Notes: a model not told the origin generated them from the sequence alone. A stretch of DNA of 58,001 bases, filler included, from Sphacelaria rigidula (GCA_964200075.2; 8 parts of 8 records of this genome joined end to end with filler, not necessarily neighbours in it), one strand, 5' to 3'; positions 23,052 through 34,820 are shown, counted from the first letter of the whole stretch. A program made the numbers and translations.

Positions 23052-24383
23052 CATCACACGTGGACAAATAGCACCCTGTGGGGCACGTCTACAGGGTTCA
23101 GGGAAACTGTGCAATGTTTCTCGCGGCGATCTGGCTGTATTTTGCGCCCCACAGGACGCTTCACAGGGTTCAGGGAAACTGTGCAGGGTTTCTCGCGGGG
23201 ATTCGACTGTAGGGTATTACTTTGTGCCACACAGGGCGCTTCACAGGGTTTCGTCACTCCGTGTAGAATTCATCTCTGTTAATATGCTGCACAGCCTTTG
23301 CAGCGCACATACAATATACTCCCTACAGCATGGGCATGGTACTGGCAGAAAAAAGCGGTCAGGAATCAACAGCAGTGATTCTCGAACCCACGAGTTTGTG
23401 ATGTGGAGAGTATCAGTGTACACAGTGAGCTACATGACTTGTTGTAAGTTGGGAAATATTTTGTGCTCCTATTAACTATCAAGCGAAAACCTCTCTAAAC
23501 AAAAGCATACTCGGTTGAGTGATTTTGGTAGACTGCGCACCACGGGGTTTTCAAAAGCAATATACACTGATATGCGAGGTATATACCGTTTCACCAGGAT
23601 CTTATCACGCCCAGTTTGTGCTGAAAGCATAGGTGAGGACAAGCACACGTGACCAATGTGTGGGATCTCTACTCAGCGAAAGCTGTTGAGAAATATTCAT
23701 CCTTTGGGGCTATAGGATGAATTGCTTTCAACAACTTTTGTTGCGCATATATATGATCCCATACGCTGGTAACGATGCAGTATGCGGGAGATGCACAGCT
23801 GACGCTGCTTGCAATAAATCTCTTTTCCCCCAATTTCCGAATGAAATTGGAGGGCAAAGTGAAGATTTATTTTGAGCTTTTTCTGCTGTTCTAATTCCAA
23901 CTCTGCCAGTGTGCATGGGATTTGCGCCGCAGAATAAGCTGTTCGAAATAGATCCTTTTTTTTTCCAATTTAAATGGGCGAAAAAAGGATCTATTTTGAA
24001 TAGGTTCTTCTGCTGTTCGAAATATATCCTTTTTTTGCCCAAATAAAATGGGCGAAAAAAGGATCTGTTTTGAATAGCTTCTCCTGCTGTCCGAGATAAA
24101 TTCTTTTTTGCCCGATTTAATCGGGCAAAAAGGAATTTATCTCGGACAGCAGGAGAAGCTATTCAAAAAATATATATTTACAGATTTTATACCAAAATAA
24201 TTTGGAATTTTCGAAATTGGGAAGGCCTTTCCACAGGGTTGCTTGCAGGGTTTCGACGAAACCGCTATGCAAAATGCTGTTACAGGTACTAGGGTTTGCA
24301 AATGCTGCACAGAGGTTCCCACAAAGACTGTGGAGAACCCTGTGCAGCTCGTCCTACAGGGTGCTATTTGTCCACGTGTGATG
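23052..24383. mobile_element. TIR element with 28-bp perfect inverted termini, nested in the composite element
   Basis: CATCACACGTGGACAAATAGCACCCTGT ... ACAGGGTGCTATTTGTCCACGTGTGATG, with subterminal CAGGGTT repeats. No clear TSD. Confidence 0.8.
23938..24168. repeat. Three self-complementary tandem units of about 74 bp, ending in a 101-bp near-perfect palindrome (24068-24168)
   Basis: Units begin GCTGTTCGAAATAGATCC, GCTGTTCGAAATATATCC and GCTGTCCGAGATAAATTC. The final palindrome is centred on CCCGATT-T-AATCGGG. Confidence 0.85.
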
Positions 24384-25949
24384 CGCATGGGATCGTCAAC
24401 ATCTACTATCGACTTTACGTAGACACCCAGAGAGTACATGAAGGAGCATTCACGGCTGCCCGTTCTCTGGAAGACCGTCGGCATGCGACAAAATCGCCGA
24501 CGGCCTTGACGACTTTCGATGGTGGCTCATACTCTGTGCTGCACATGTCGAAAACGGCCTGGAGTTTGATGACCACGACACAACGTCGATGACGTGCGTC
24601 TTGTTACTTGATCCTCTCGTGGCGCAGATGAGCCGCCCCCGCTCAGTCACCAGTGGAGTCTGGGGTTGATCCATCGTGACGGTCTGCAGTGGTGCTCATG
24701 TTTCGTGTTTCCACTCAGCGGTACCTCGTATCCCGCCAGATCCCAAACTACAGAACTTTTTAACATTGAATATTGTTGATGTGCAGTTTTTAATGAAGGA
24801 GTCGGGTGGGTTGATCGATGGGAAATACATGTTCAGGTCATGAGGTTGTGTTTGGATTGAACCTCTATCCGTGCCTCCCTAAGGTATATACCTGTGCTCA
24901 TACCTGCAATCGGGTATATCTATAACGGTATATCCTAACCCCGGGTAGGGGTATGGGAGGCTTACAGAGCTCACAGAACTGTCGGGTACCAGTACTAGAT
25001 GAAAGTCTTACAGAAATTACAGAACTTGTCGAGTACGGTATGGGAGGCTTACAGAAAACCGGTACCGGCAATCGGGTATCCTTCAAGAGCATACCCGCGC
25101 TCCGGGTACGGGTGAACATTCTCTACATAACTCACAGACCTGTCGGGTAAGGGTATGAAAGGCTTACAGAAGTCACAGAACTGTCGGGTACGGTAAATAC
25201 CCGGCAAAATACCCCGGGTAAACAGAAACCCATACCCTACAGAACACAACCTTGAATTCGTCTGTATTGTGCTGAGATCTGTAGCGTTGCATGTGACGAC
25301 TACACGACCCCAAGCGACAGCCTCGACCTCAGGCGAACGCTGCGATTCGCCGAGATCGTTTGAATGAATGCATGCCACTTTTTTTCGCGCGTGCAGGGTT
25401 TTGATTGTCGAGAAAATCGAGATGTAACACTCCATCACGATACGGGCGACTAGTTTGATTCAGTTAATCAGAAAGGAAAATGCATGGGAGGTCCGACTGC
25501 GCGCCAGACTTCCCTTGGGATTTCGTACAGAGTAGAGTGATGCCGCGATAGCCTCAGTTCAAACCAGCCTCAAAACTGTCACGAAGAAATAGCCATACAA
25601 GGCATGATAGCTGGCTTCAGACTGCACGTTGTTGTTGTTGTTGTCTTCACACTAATAACCGACTCGATATCTGCGCGGTACATTCGTACTGGGCATCTGA
25701 TGCGGACGCCTTCCGTGGTCACAGGCTAGGAAAAAAACAAAAACAGATTAGAACTCACAAAACGCGATACAAGCAAAGTAGGGAGAAATAATAGAGAAGA
25801 AAGAGAGAACGTATGGCTAACCTCAGAAAATCCGGTGCCGCAGGTGGCCATTCGCATGAAGCGTTTTATATGGGCAACGTTGGCAAAGATGATCCCAAGC
25901 GTGGGGAGGTCCCAACTGCTCTGTGCGCTCGGTTTTTGTCATTTTGATT

Positions 25950-27350
25950 TGCATGTAGACTTTACCTCCTAAAACCAGTCACTTTCCTGGGGTGGTCTAT
26001 CGGCTTCTTGAAGCTTGATGGAAGCCGAGGACAGCGGCTTCCGTCAACTTTTCGCAGTCATTTATTTGGAGGCTTTGAAAATAGTTCCAATTTCAAAACT
26101 GATAGTTACTCCTAAACACAGAAACACTTCGCCTACAATCAGTGAAGGTGAAATGTCTGGGCTTCTCTCAGCTGCGCTCCTTGAAAGCTGGCCCAACCTA
26201 TCCCAGAAAGACTTTTTTGGTCAGCGCTCGACGGCGTGAGCCACAAAAGAGGCGGCAAGCACTTCATTCGTTATGAGAATACCCTTGCTCCCGGTGGACC
26301 CATATCTCGCGCCAGGGAAAAGCTTCCGATGGCCTCTGCAGAGTCGAAAAATTGAAGACGACACCCCTCCCTACACTCATCGGATGTACATCACATAATC
26401 TGCAGCTCACAGATCACAGAATGCTAGCCCCCATGTGGGCCACGCCAGCAGCAGCAAAGTCACGGCCAGAGGTATCTTATTTCACTCTCTATGCCAAAAA
26501 TTCTCCATGGTCGGGGGTTTTCTCCTACATTCTTCCAACCCGGATGTGCACGACTGTTCTTGTACCAAGCTAAGGCCAAAGTCAACGATGACACCCCTCA
26601 CACGCAATAGGATCTTCGCGGAGCTGTCATTGCTCGCACGTGTGTATATGACAAGGGGATACCGGTGACAGGAGCATCGCCCTGTTTTTCGACGACGTGT
26701 TCTGTCGCGGATAGGGGCATGTCCTGTCCTACAAGGGAGGCAGAGAGGAATCGATATCGCGGCACTGGTCAGCGCCACAGACAAAACTCAACACATCACT
26801 CAAAATCCGGAAACTCGATTTTTTTGGACTGTCCAACCAACCACCTGCTGTTCTTTTGCCAACGCAAGGGCTGGCAAATTGGGTATGTGGTGGTAACTTG
26901 TTGCCAATGTCTCCAGCGATTGGGAATAGCCGAGCGAAGACACAAAGGACACGGGCGAGAGCTCTGCGCCATTGCTCGTGCGGAGACATCGTCATCGACA
27001 CACGTGTTCACCACATCAATTCGGTGCACCCAGCCGCACCTGCTTGGCTTTTAACAGGAACAAACTATCCGAAATTGCTTTGCTTTTACAAAATATTTCG
27101 GCGTAAAGGTCCAATTAGGAAGGTAGAACCCCAGCGCAACGTTGAACCCCATTCTCGAGGAGGCCTTGTTCACGGGTGTTCTGAGAAGAAGATTATTGTC
27201 TCAACATGGTCCAGTGGAGGAGTTGATACTGCTGTCTCCTCGCCGGCCGCTTGGTGTCAAACAGGAAATTGTATCACCCACATCTAAGCTGCCCCATGAT
27301 GTCTTCTCTCTCACTACTAGTCGCGTGCCTGGCTTCCTATTGCCTTCGTG
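25950..27350 (-). mobile_element. Possible highly decayed DIRS-class (tyrosine recombinase) retroelement relic
   Basis: Across frames, in order: FLIGPLRRNIL*KQ..FVP, SRPCPLC..NRWRHWQQ, CSCHRYP..DS..LLRVRGV, AAAGV, FSLARD. Resembles DIRS methylase-like and ALOG/recombinase regions by eye only. Confidence 0.35.
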
Positions 27351-27429
27351 ACCTTCCACAGCCAGCTTGAAAATGAAAAAATATTTCGTGTTACTTCAGA
27401 TATCAAAGCACGGGGGGGCAGGTTGTAAC

Positions 27430-27865
27430 ACGGGATTTACAAATTGGGGATGATTACCGAGGATGAGAAGCCGGAGAATCAAAATCGTTGTACCCCCACG
27501 AAATGTTCGAAATATAGTTCCACTCCTTCACCTACTGATAGCAATTGACAACTAAACTACACGCCATAAAAATTTGAATCCTGATGACCGACATGTTGAG
27601 GTCCTAGGTGAAGAAAATTTTGGGGAATTTAGATGATCCGGTCAGATCGCTGAAATTCCCCAAAATTGGTTCTTCATTTAGGACCCCAACATTTCGGTTA
27701 TCGAAATCCAAACTCGTACGCCGTGTAGTAGTTGTCAATAGCTACCAGAAAGTGAAGAAATGGACCATATTCCGAATATTTGATGTGGATACGAGAATTT
27801 TAATCCTACCGGTTTCTCATCCTCAATGAAAAAAATCCATCCCCAATATGTAAAATTCCTTGTTT
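27430..27865. mobile_element. Degenerate inverted-repeat element (MITE-like)
   Basis: TTTACAAATTGGGGATG..GAGGATGAGAAGCCGG is mirrored by CCGGTTTCTCATCCTC..CATCCCCAATATGTAAA. Confidence 0.6.
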
Positions 27866-28250
27866 TGTCCAAAATAAAAAATGGGTACGTAGGTCTAGAA
27901 AATATATATTTATATATTTCGTGCACCCCTGCTTTGACCGTCTGGGTGGGATTCCTGTGTCTTCAATTCATTTCTAAAGTTAAAATTATGTCGAACAGAG
28001 GACCCACCCTGGGGGTGACACGGGCTTCATGATTTTCCAGGCAGCAGCAGAGGGATGCTGTAAAGACGGTACGACGCACCTGGCGGTATCAATCCACTCG
28101 AAACAACTAAAAAGCAGGAGAGCACAATACAGTCGCCATGATGTTGCCTGTTCCGGTGCGCGCCACGCTCTCCACCTTGGGTCCTCTGTGCTACTGGGTA
28201 CACAAGCGGCAGCTTTCGTCCCCTTCCTAATAATTTGTCGGAGTGCATTA

Positions 28251-28952
28251 CGAGCTGGGCGAGCCTAGAAGAGGTGAATTTGAAGTTTGCAGGCCCCATG
28301 CGCCGGCCAATATTTAGAGTTGGAGCGTGAAATTTGGTATGGACAGTGCATAGGGAATAAAAAAATAATACGAAGCACCAAAAAAAAAATCTCATGAGTC
28401 AAGGGTATTTTACTGATACCCGGAGACTGGTTGGTTATTACCCTTAACTCATGAAAAAAAAAATAGTGCTTACATAAAAAAATGTATGCCCCATGTACTG
28501 TCCATACCAAATTTTACGCTCCAACTCCAAACATTGGTCGGCGCATTCGCCTATTAAAAATCGGGTCGGTAGAAATTCGGAGCAGTATTTTGAAAGCCAC
28601 TTGCGGGCCCCACGTTTGGTTTTTGTGTATTAAAATTTTGTGTGGGCCCTTTTTAGGACATGATTAACAAAACTCAGTGGGTCAGATTGATTTTTTTTCA
28701 CTGATTTAGGGCGTTGTATTATGGTAAATACCATTTTTCCACGAGAACGCCGTAATCTCTATGCAAAAAAAAAATCGAAAGCCCATTTTTTTTTCCGGCA
28801 CACCTTCGTGGTTCTCCATGGCAGGTTTCAAATCACAATTTCAAAAATTGAGCGAAAAAGATGAGACAAGGCCTAAGAGCACTGTTCATTTCTCCTCGAA
28901 ACTCCACTGAAAACACGAAAAAAAGTGAAAAAAAAAAAAAAGTGAAAAAAAA
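28251..28952. mobile_element. Family A TIR element, copy 3, reverse orientation, cut by contig end
   Basis: TA|CGAGCTGGGCGAGCCTAGAAG, then the reverse complement of the family A right portion, including its internal hairpin. Confidence 0.8.
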
Positions 28953-29052
28953 NNNNNNNNNNNNNNNNNNNNNNNNNNNNNNNNNNNNNNNNNNNNTTAA
29001 TTAATTAANNNNNNNNNNNNNNNNNNNNNNNNNNNNNNNNNNNNNNNNNNNN

Positions 29053-29117
29053 GAATCGTTAGGAGCCTCTGAACCAGACAAAATTTCGCGAAAAAAGTGC
29101 ACCCCTACCGTAGCATT
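29053..29117. mobile_element. End of a MITE of family B (TIR AATGCTACGGTAGGGGTGCAC); another end at 50840-50914
   Basis: AATCGTTAGGAGCC..TTTCGCGAAAAAAGTGYACCCCTACCGTAGCATT opens two contigs and matches the reverse complement of 53341-53415. Confidence 0.75.
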
Positions 29118-29840
29118 CCTCCTGTGGAAGCTGGGTACAAAGCAAACCCTACCAGCGCCCTGTGAAAGCTGATATCTTGATCGAGCCATGCACCACATGA
29201 ATTGGATGTCCACATCATGCCATCGCTCAGCTAGTCCATCATGGCTTTAGATAACAGCATGAATGTGGTGACATTCCTCAAAGGAGTCGAGAATCAACCG
29301 CGAAACCTCCAGTAAAGTATGGCTCAAACATAGTAACTGACAGTGGTGCTGCAGGCCCGGTCCGCTATGAACAAACACGAAGGTATCGTCACGTTGTATC
29401 AACCTCAAGTTGGTTCTCACAATTGCCCGTTTCTTAAATGAGTGAAAAAGACGAGGTGAGTTTCCCCTTTTTCATATTTCTTATCGCCGATTAGTAGTAC
29501 TCGTAGGGTACCTAGGGTACCCCCTGCACTGTTGCAGGTTGAGACGCGTTTGATGGTCGGCCACAGTAACTGTGACTGTTGGTAGCCCGCTACAACCATG
29601 GGGCCCACTTCTCGTTGTGCCTGGTGTGTATCAATACCGCGTTCCATATCTGCTTGCAGTCAAGATTTGACTGTACAGTACTCGCTTTTTTTCACCCTGT
29701 GACATATTTCGAGCTCCGTTTCGTCGGCAAACGTCCGTATATACGGTAATAACCAAGCTTTACCATCTCCACGTTTCTCAACGGCGGTCCACATCTGTGT
29801 ATAGACAAAGATACATGACTAGTCGGAAGTCTGGACTTAC

Positions 29841-30039
29841 CGCGTATCCATTGCAAACGAGGCTTCCACAATCGGTAAGCTCAGCGCAAATTCCCAGTTC
29901 TCTTGGCGCGCCACGACCCTCTGGACCATTGCAGGCGTGCCGTAGGGCGGCCAGTCCTCGGGCAAAGGCTCGGCGGGACCCCAGGGAGACTCTCCTGGCT
30001 TGAGTGGACCGTAGAAGCAATCTAGCTCGCAGAAATTAT
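29841..30039 (-). CDS. VPS13-like protein, exon E
   Basis: tgcag|AT AAT TTC.. (D)NFCELDCFYGPLKPGESPWG..WEFALSLPIVEASFAMDT|gtaagt. Phase 1 completes the YF-D codon from exon D. Confidence 0.75.
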
Positions 30040-30369
30040 CTGCATACGGCCAGGCGATGAAACGTCGGTGCAGCAACGCCGAAGGATATCACGGTGTGGC
30101 TCAGATGATTTGTTGATGCTAGGCCAAAGTCGTCTACACGTCGAACGATACTACGTCTGCGCCAGCGCAAAATCGACAGCGGAAAGGTCTAAATGGCAAG
30201 GGTCCTTGCCTTGTCGCAACAGAGTACTGTAGGCTCTGATCGGACAGCAGCGGGATTCGTGCTCGTCCCGTGCAACTGCCATCATTTCTCCGCGTTACTG
30301 TATCCCCGAATGCAGAAGTCTTCGAAGATCAACCTGGCGTTGTAGGTATCTGTCAGTGCCAAGTCCAAA

Positions 30370-32002
30370 TTTGGTCACTATACATCAGTGGGGCTGAACA
30401 ACGGTATACGCGGATCGCTAAGTTTGTCTACCTCGGTGATGCTGTCAGCGCGGGTGCGAAAAAAAACATTAACATCAACCACCGCATCACCAGGGCGTGA
30501 GCACGTCTCCTGAAGAATGGTTTCCAAACTCTACTATCGACCCAACGCCCAACTATCCTTGAGAGTCCGACTGCGTGAAGTGGGGGTGGTGGGAGCTCTG
30601 TTGTACGGATGTGCCACATGCATTTTACATTCTGGGGACTTCAACAGTTTGCGCCCTTCCCATCACAAGCTATTGCTGCGAGTGGTTAGATTCCACAGGA
30701 AAGTTCGGACGGATTACAAGACTCTTCCGTCCCGAGCTCTGAGCTCGAGATGACCAATGCGATCATAAGCAGACGACTGCCCGCAAGCGTCAACATGGGT
30801 TCGGGGGGGAACTTGCCCGGCAGGACGGAACACGCCTTCCCAATCGCATCATGCACGAACGGTTAGTGGCACAAGGGTCCAAGGAGGCTGGTCGCCCTCC
30901 CCAAACAATGGGGGGGGGGGGGAACCTGCAGGAACACTCACGTTCACTAGGGGGTAGTCGGCCAAAGGGAGCGCAACGGAAGCGATTGGNNNNNNNNNNG
31001 GTTAAGTGCGCCGGCGGCCAAGGCGGCGGGCCCCCCCCCCCAAACAATGGGGGGGGGGGGGGAACCTGCAGGAACACTCACGTTCACTAGGGGTTCGTCC
31101 GCACAAAGGAGCGCGACGGAAGTGATTCGTCCACGGTGTGGAGGTCAAGGGAGCACACGGTTAGGTCGCTGCGGTGAAGAACATGGACAAATGGCACCTT
31201 GAGTCGACAAAGGGTTGGAAGAGCTCGAGGACACGTGGCGACGTGAAGACGGAAGACAATCGGACCGCCGCCACACTCGAGAGGCGGCTGCGTCGATAGC
31301 CGCAAATCGGAGAACTACTCTCGCTACAACAACAAAAGCAACAGCTCACGAGAAAAACAGGACGGACATAATCGAGAGAATGACCCGCTCTGTGATCGAC
31401 CAGGGATGACTACGAGAAAACTGGGGTAACCCTGTTCTTCCCCTTGGGTTGTTGACGTTGTCCTTGGTCGGTGGTTTTGCGGTGCTCCCCAGTGTGTGTG
31501 CCTGTTCTACTATACTCTCTCTCCGAGGTTCATCACCTCTGGAGACTCTTTCTCATCTGTTCTCCCTTCCCTTCCCTTCCCTTCCCTATCTCTTTACGTG
31601 CTCTTCCCTCCCCGTGGATGCAAAGAGCAGTTTGGTGTCTCGCTTCCGTAGGGTTCATGGATGACAGCTTCATACCCAAAACAGTGACGTCGATAAAGAT
31701 CAGCCGCAATCTGCTCCCACGGCTTCTGTACTTTATGATGAGGCATGAAAGTGTTTTTTGCGAAGGACCTTCTCCACCGAACCCGTGTTGCAGAGGCCGG
31801 CCATTTCTACTTATTTGTCCTTATCCTTGTCTTTGGTTCGTGTTATTCTTTCCCTTCCTTCTCTCCTTAGTCTGCCCTGTTTGTCTGTTGAACCTTCCTG
31901 TTTTATTAACTCTTCTTCAGCGAGTCTTTCCGTGCACATCCATCATGTGACCACACCTGGAAACCTAGGGGATTAACTAAGGTGCGACAGCCAATGAATC
32001 AA
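30370..32002 (+). mobile_element. RTE-like LINE 3' fragment with 3' UTR, antisense in an intron
   Basis: KFVYLGDAVS..INHRITRA, LYYRPNAQLSLRVRL..ALLYGCATC, HHKLLLRV, LPNRIMH. The tail ends GTGACCACACCTGG..GTGCGACAGCCAATGAATCAA. Confidence 0.8.
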
Positions 32003-32074
32003 GTATCCTACACTCAAGGATCCTTCGCTTCAAGGCGAATATCCGAGGGAAAACGGCTGTCTACATGCCCTCAC

Positions 32075-33020
32075 CGAAGTAAAGACTGAGAAGCAGGTAG
32101 TACTCCGCCATCGTAGGGCACAAGTAGATTCCCGCCGGTTTCCGCCCCTCCCCGTTGACGATTTCCTGGTCTTCAGCGCCATACTCTGGCATCGACAAGA
32201 GGGTCCGCGCACTCTGGAGTTCCTCCCCTGTATCCACGAGTAGGAGCAGGTCGAACGGCTGCTTCGTTATCTCACGCCACCGAATCGTCTCCGAACTCGA
32301 CTCGGACCACGCATGATCCTGCCCTCTCATCGTATCACCAGCATTATGATCGATGCTCTCTTGTGATCGCTCCTCGTGCCGGTTTGCCCGTCGCTGGCCC
32401 TTTGGGGCTCCAGCACGCTCACCACTTCCTCCTGCCCTAGTAGTATCACGAAGAGACCCGTGTTGCCGGCTCCGTCGCCTATCATGGGGTACGTTGTTCA
32501 TGCCGTCGGTACGGTGGTCGCGATCACCCTTGCAGTCTCCGCCACTACAATAAACAGCGGCACCATCTGCGATGTCCCAGTTTCGCGGTAGGACCTCCGC
32601 GTCTGCACTCTGATCCTGAAGATATTCTTCGTGAAGGTGGTCGTAAAAGTTGTTATCGGAGACCCCGGGCGCAGCGCCTCGTTTAGGTCCTGACGCTGCT
32701 GCTGCCGCTGCACTCGGTTGATCCGGTGCTCCCCTGCCCCCTGCGCGGGCTGCTGCCGCCACCGCCGCCGCCGCAGCAGCAGCAGCTGCGCTGACAGTCG
32801 GGGTGTCCAGTCGTGGGGCAAGTGCTACGAAAATGCGGCTACCTGTGAGATGGATACCGATACGCTTGACCAAGGCACGGCAATTGGATACAGACTCCCT
32901 CGTCGGGCATGTAGCTCCCGTTGCTGTTTTATTCTTGTCAGGAGCGCTTGCGTGCTTGGTCTGGTTCCCCGAGTCATTCCTGCCACGCCTTTCCCCGTCT
33001 GCCTCCGCCCACGGTGGGTG
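32075..33020 (-). CDS. VPS13-like protein, exon D
   Basis: aaaaatag|HPPWAE..RIGIHLTGSRIFVA..WREITKQPFDLLLLVD..IYLCPTMAEYYLLLSLYF G|gtgagg. 946 bp open, phase 0 to phase 1. Confidence 0.75.
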
Positions 33021-33525
33021 CTATTTTTGGGACGACGAGAATGTGAACATACAGACGGACCCAGGGAGGAATTTCGACACGTTTACACAACATGTAGTTC
33101 ACATCCATGGCCATGGCAGAAATAAAAACACAACATGCGAGTTGTAGCGAATGGGGCAGCGCGCGCCGAACGACACCGCGGAGGAGAGGTACTTCACGGA
33201 TACGAAGTATAAAAAAAAAAAAATGTTTTTCGAAGCACGTACTCTTAGCCTGCCCTTGGAAGGCTCGCGAAGAAGTAGAGCAGCTTGCACAAGGAAGTGC
33301 GCGTGCCACGTATTCACCTGACATGGCGTCCGACACATAGTGCACACTTACTGCCTCGTTCGTTGCTGACCCCACGTGTGTTTGACGAAAGTACTACGCT
33401 GTTACGTTTTATGTAGAATTCGCAATCACCGCATCTCACGAGCTCCCCTCGACGCCACACTACCGAACTCTAGAAAAGGCAAACGCTATGGGAGAGAGCA
33501 TTTGACGTTCCTGCTTGCAAAATAC

Positions 33526-33728
33526 CTCAGCTTCCTCTCCTGCACAATCATCCTCATCATCGTCCATCGCCCACGCACGCGGGATGCGAGTGACAAACTC
33601 GGGCTTCATTCCCTTGGCTATCGCCGGGAGACTGTCGCCTGTTCCTGGCGTCGATGCCTCATTCCATGCGAACGCAGACGGCACCGGCGGCGATGGATAC
33701 TGATGCTCCTCTTCGCGTGGAATATTCG
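33526..33728 (-). CDS. VPS13-like protein, exon C
   Basis: ctctccag|CG AAT ATT.. NIPREEEHQYPSPPVPSAFAWNE..DDDEDDCAGEEAE|gtattt. Phase 1 to phase 0 bridges exons B and D. Confidence 0.65.
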
Positions 33729-34000
33729 CTGGAGAGACCGTATGTTACGAGGGATAGAGCGTGACAACGCGAATCGTGTGAGCATGACAGCATTTACAAA
33801 CGAAACCAACGTCGGAGTACAGTCTACGCCGCAACGTCCAAATCGTGGATCTACGTTACTGCACCTGGCTATCCGGACAGCAAAACAAAATAGTCGAAGA
33901 AGCGGCCATTACCTTGTTTCTCAGCAAAATAGGACATGAGGTCTGCGTGGGTTACAAAACTACTACGCCCATGGGTTGCTTCATGCCACCGTTCACATAC

Positions 34001-34628
34001 CGTCCACTCCAGCGTAGTATCCTGCTTCGTCGATTTCAATCGCATCGAAAAACTCCAAGTCATCTGCATCTGATGGTTCGTCTTCCTTTTCTTCGCTGGG
34101 AACGCCTTCCCGAACATGGAGGACACCGCCGAACAAACGATCGCTTTCGTTGTTAGAATGATGTGAACGCGCGCTCGCAAAGCTTCGATGCGATGGACGC
34201 TTTGACGCGAAGCTTCCACACGGCTGCCGGTAGGAATCTGCGCCTGAAGCAGTCTCCAGAGCCGCACCATGGAAATTCTTACTTTGCTGTGCCCCAGGCG
34301 CTGACTCAGAGTCTTCCACTGCCTCAATGAACTGTGCTCCCGATACTATGGCTGAACCCTTCTCAGCACTGCTGTGATGCTCAAACGCCGGCAGACGGGA
34401 TAGCGGGGGTGGGATCTCGATAGGTGGAGGACGGCGTTTGCTGGTCGGCTTCATCCGTTGACAAGGCGGTATGGAGGTTGAGTCTGGACCGCTGCAAGCA
34501 TCCCTGTCGTCCTGAGCCGAAGGTGTGGATGCCGAAGACACAGAGCTGCGCTCCTTACGCGCGGCACGTTTGCTCTCTACGGGTGTGTCGTCAGTAGGTA
34601 GCCTCCAAGTGCCTCTTTTCTGTCGCAC
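34001..34628 (-). CDS. VPS13-like protein, exon B (contains FFAT motif)
   Basis: gagcag|VRQKRGTWRLP..EEKEDEPSDADDLEFFDAIEIDEAGYYAGVD G|gtatgt. Confidence 0.72.
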
Positions 34629-34733
34629 CTGCTCGCAGTCACAGAAGACCGTCCGGGAAGTAGGGTGATGTATATTGTGTAGCACCTGGGGAAAACTATA
34701 AGCGTATATCCTTTGCAGCGGGTAAATGCTCAC

Positions 34734-34820
34734 CGTCTGAACGACAGCAAAGGGAGTTTTCCAGACGAAGTCTAGTCCAGCCTTCATATTGGCAACACGA
34801 CCACGAAACAGAACACTATC
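34734..34820 (-). CDS. VPS13-like protein, exon A
   Basis: aatacag|DSVLFRGRVANMKAGLDFVWKTPFAVVQT|gtgagc, phase 0. The 105-bp intron to exon B is in frame without a stop, so A and B could be a single exon. Confidence 0.6.

Larger units (their letters stand above)
22336..25254. mobile_element. Composite hAT-like TIR element with 8-bp TSD and about 40-bp subterminal tandem repeats (22336-22914, 24910-25254)
   Basis: GATTCGTC|CAAGGTTGTGTTCTGTAAGGTACGGGT ... ACCCATACCCTACAGAACACAACCTTG|AATTCGTC. TIR matches 25/27 and TSD 7/8. Repeated GGTATGAAAGTCTTACAGAACTCACAGAACTGTCGGGTAC-like units. Confidence 0.7.

Noticed and set aside
30893..31130. Direct repeat flanking a 10-N gap
   Set aside because: Duplicated sequence with poly-G/poly-C beside a scaffold gap; most likely an unmerged overlap of low-quality read ends.
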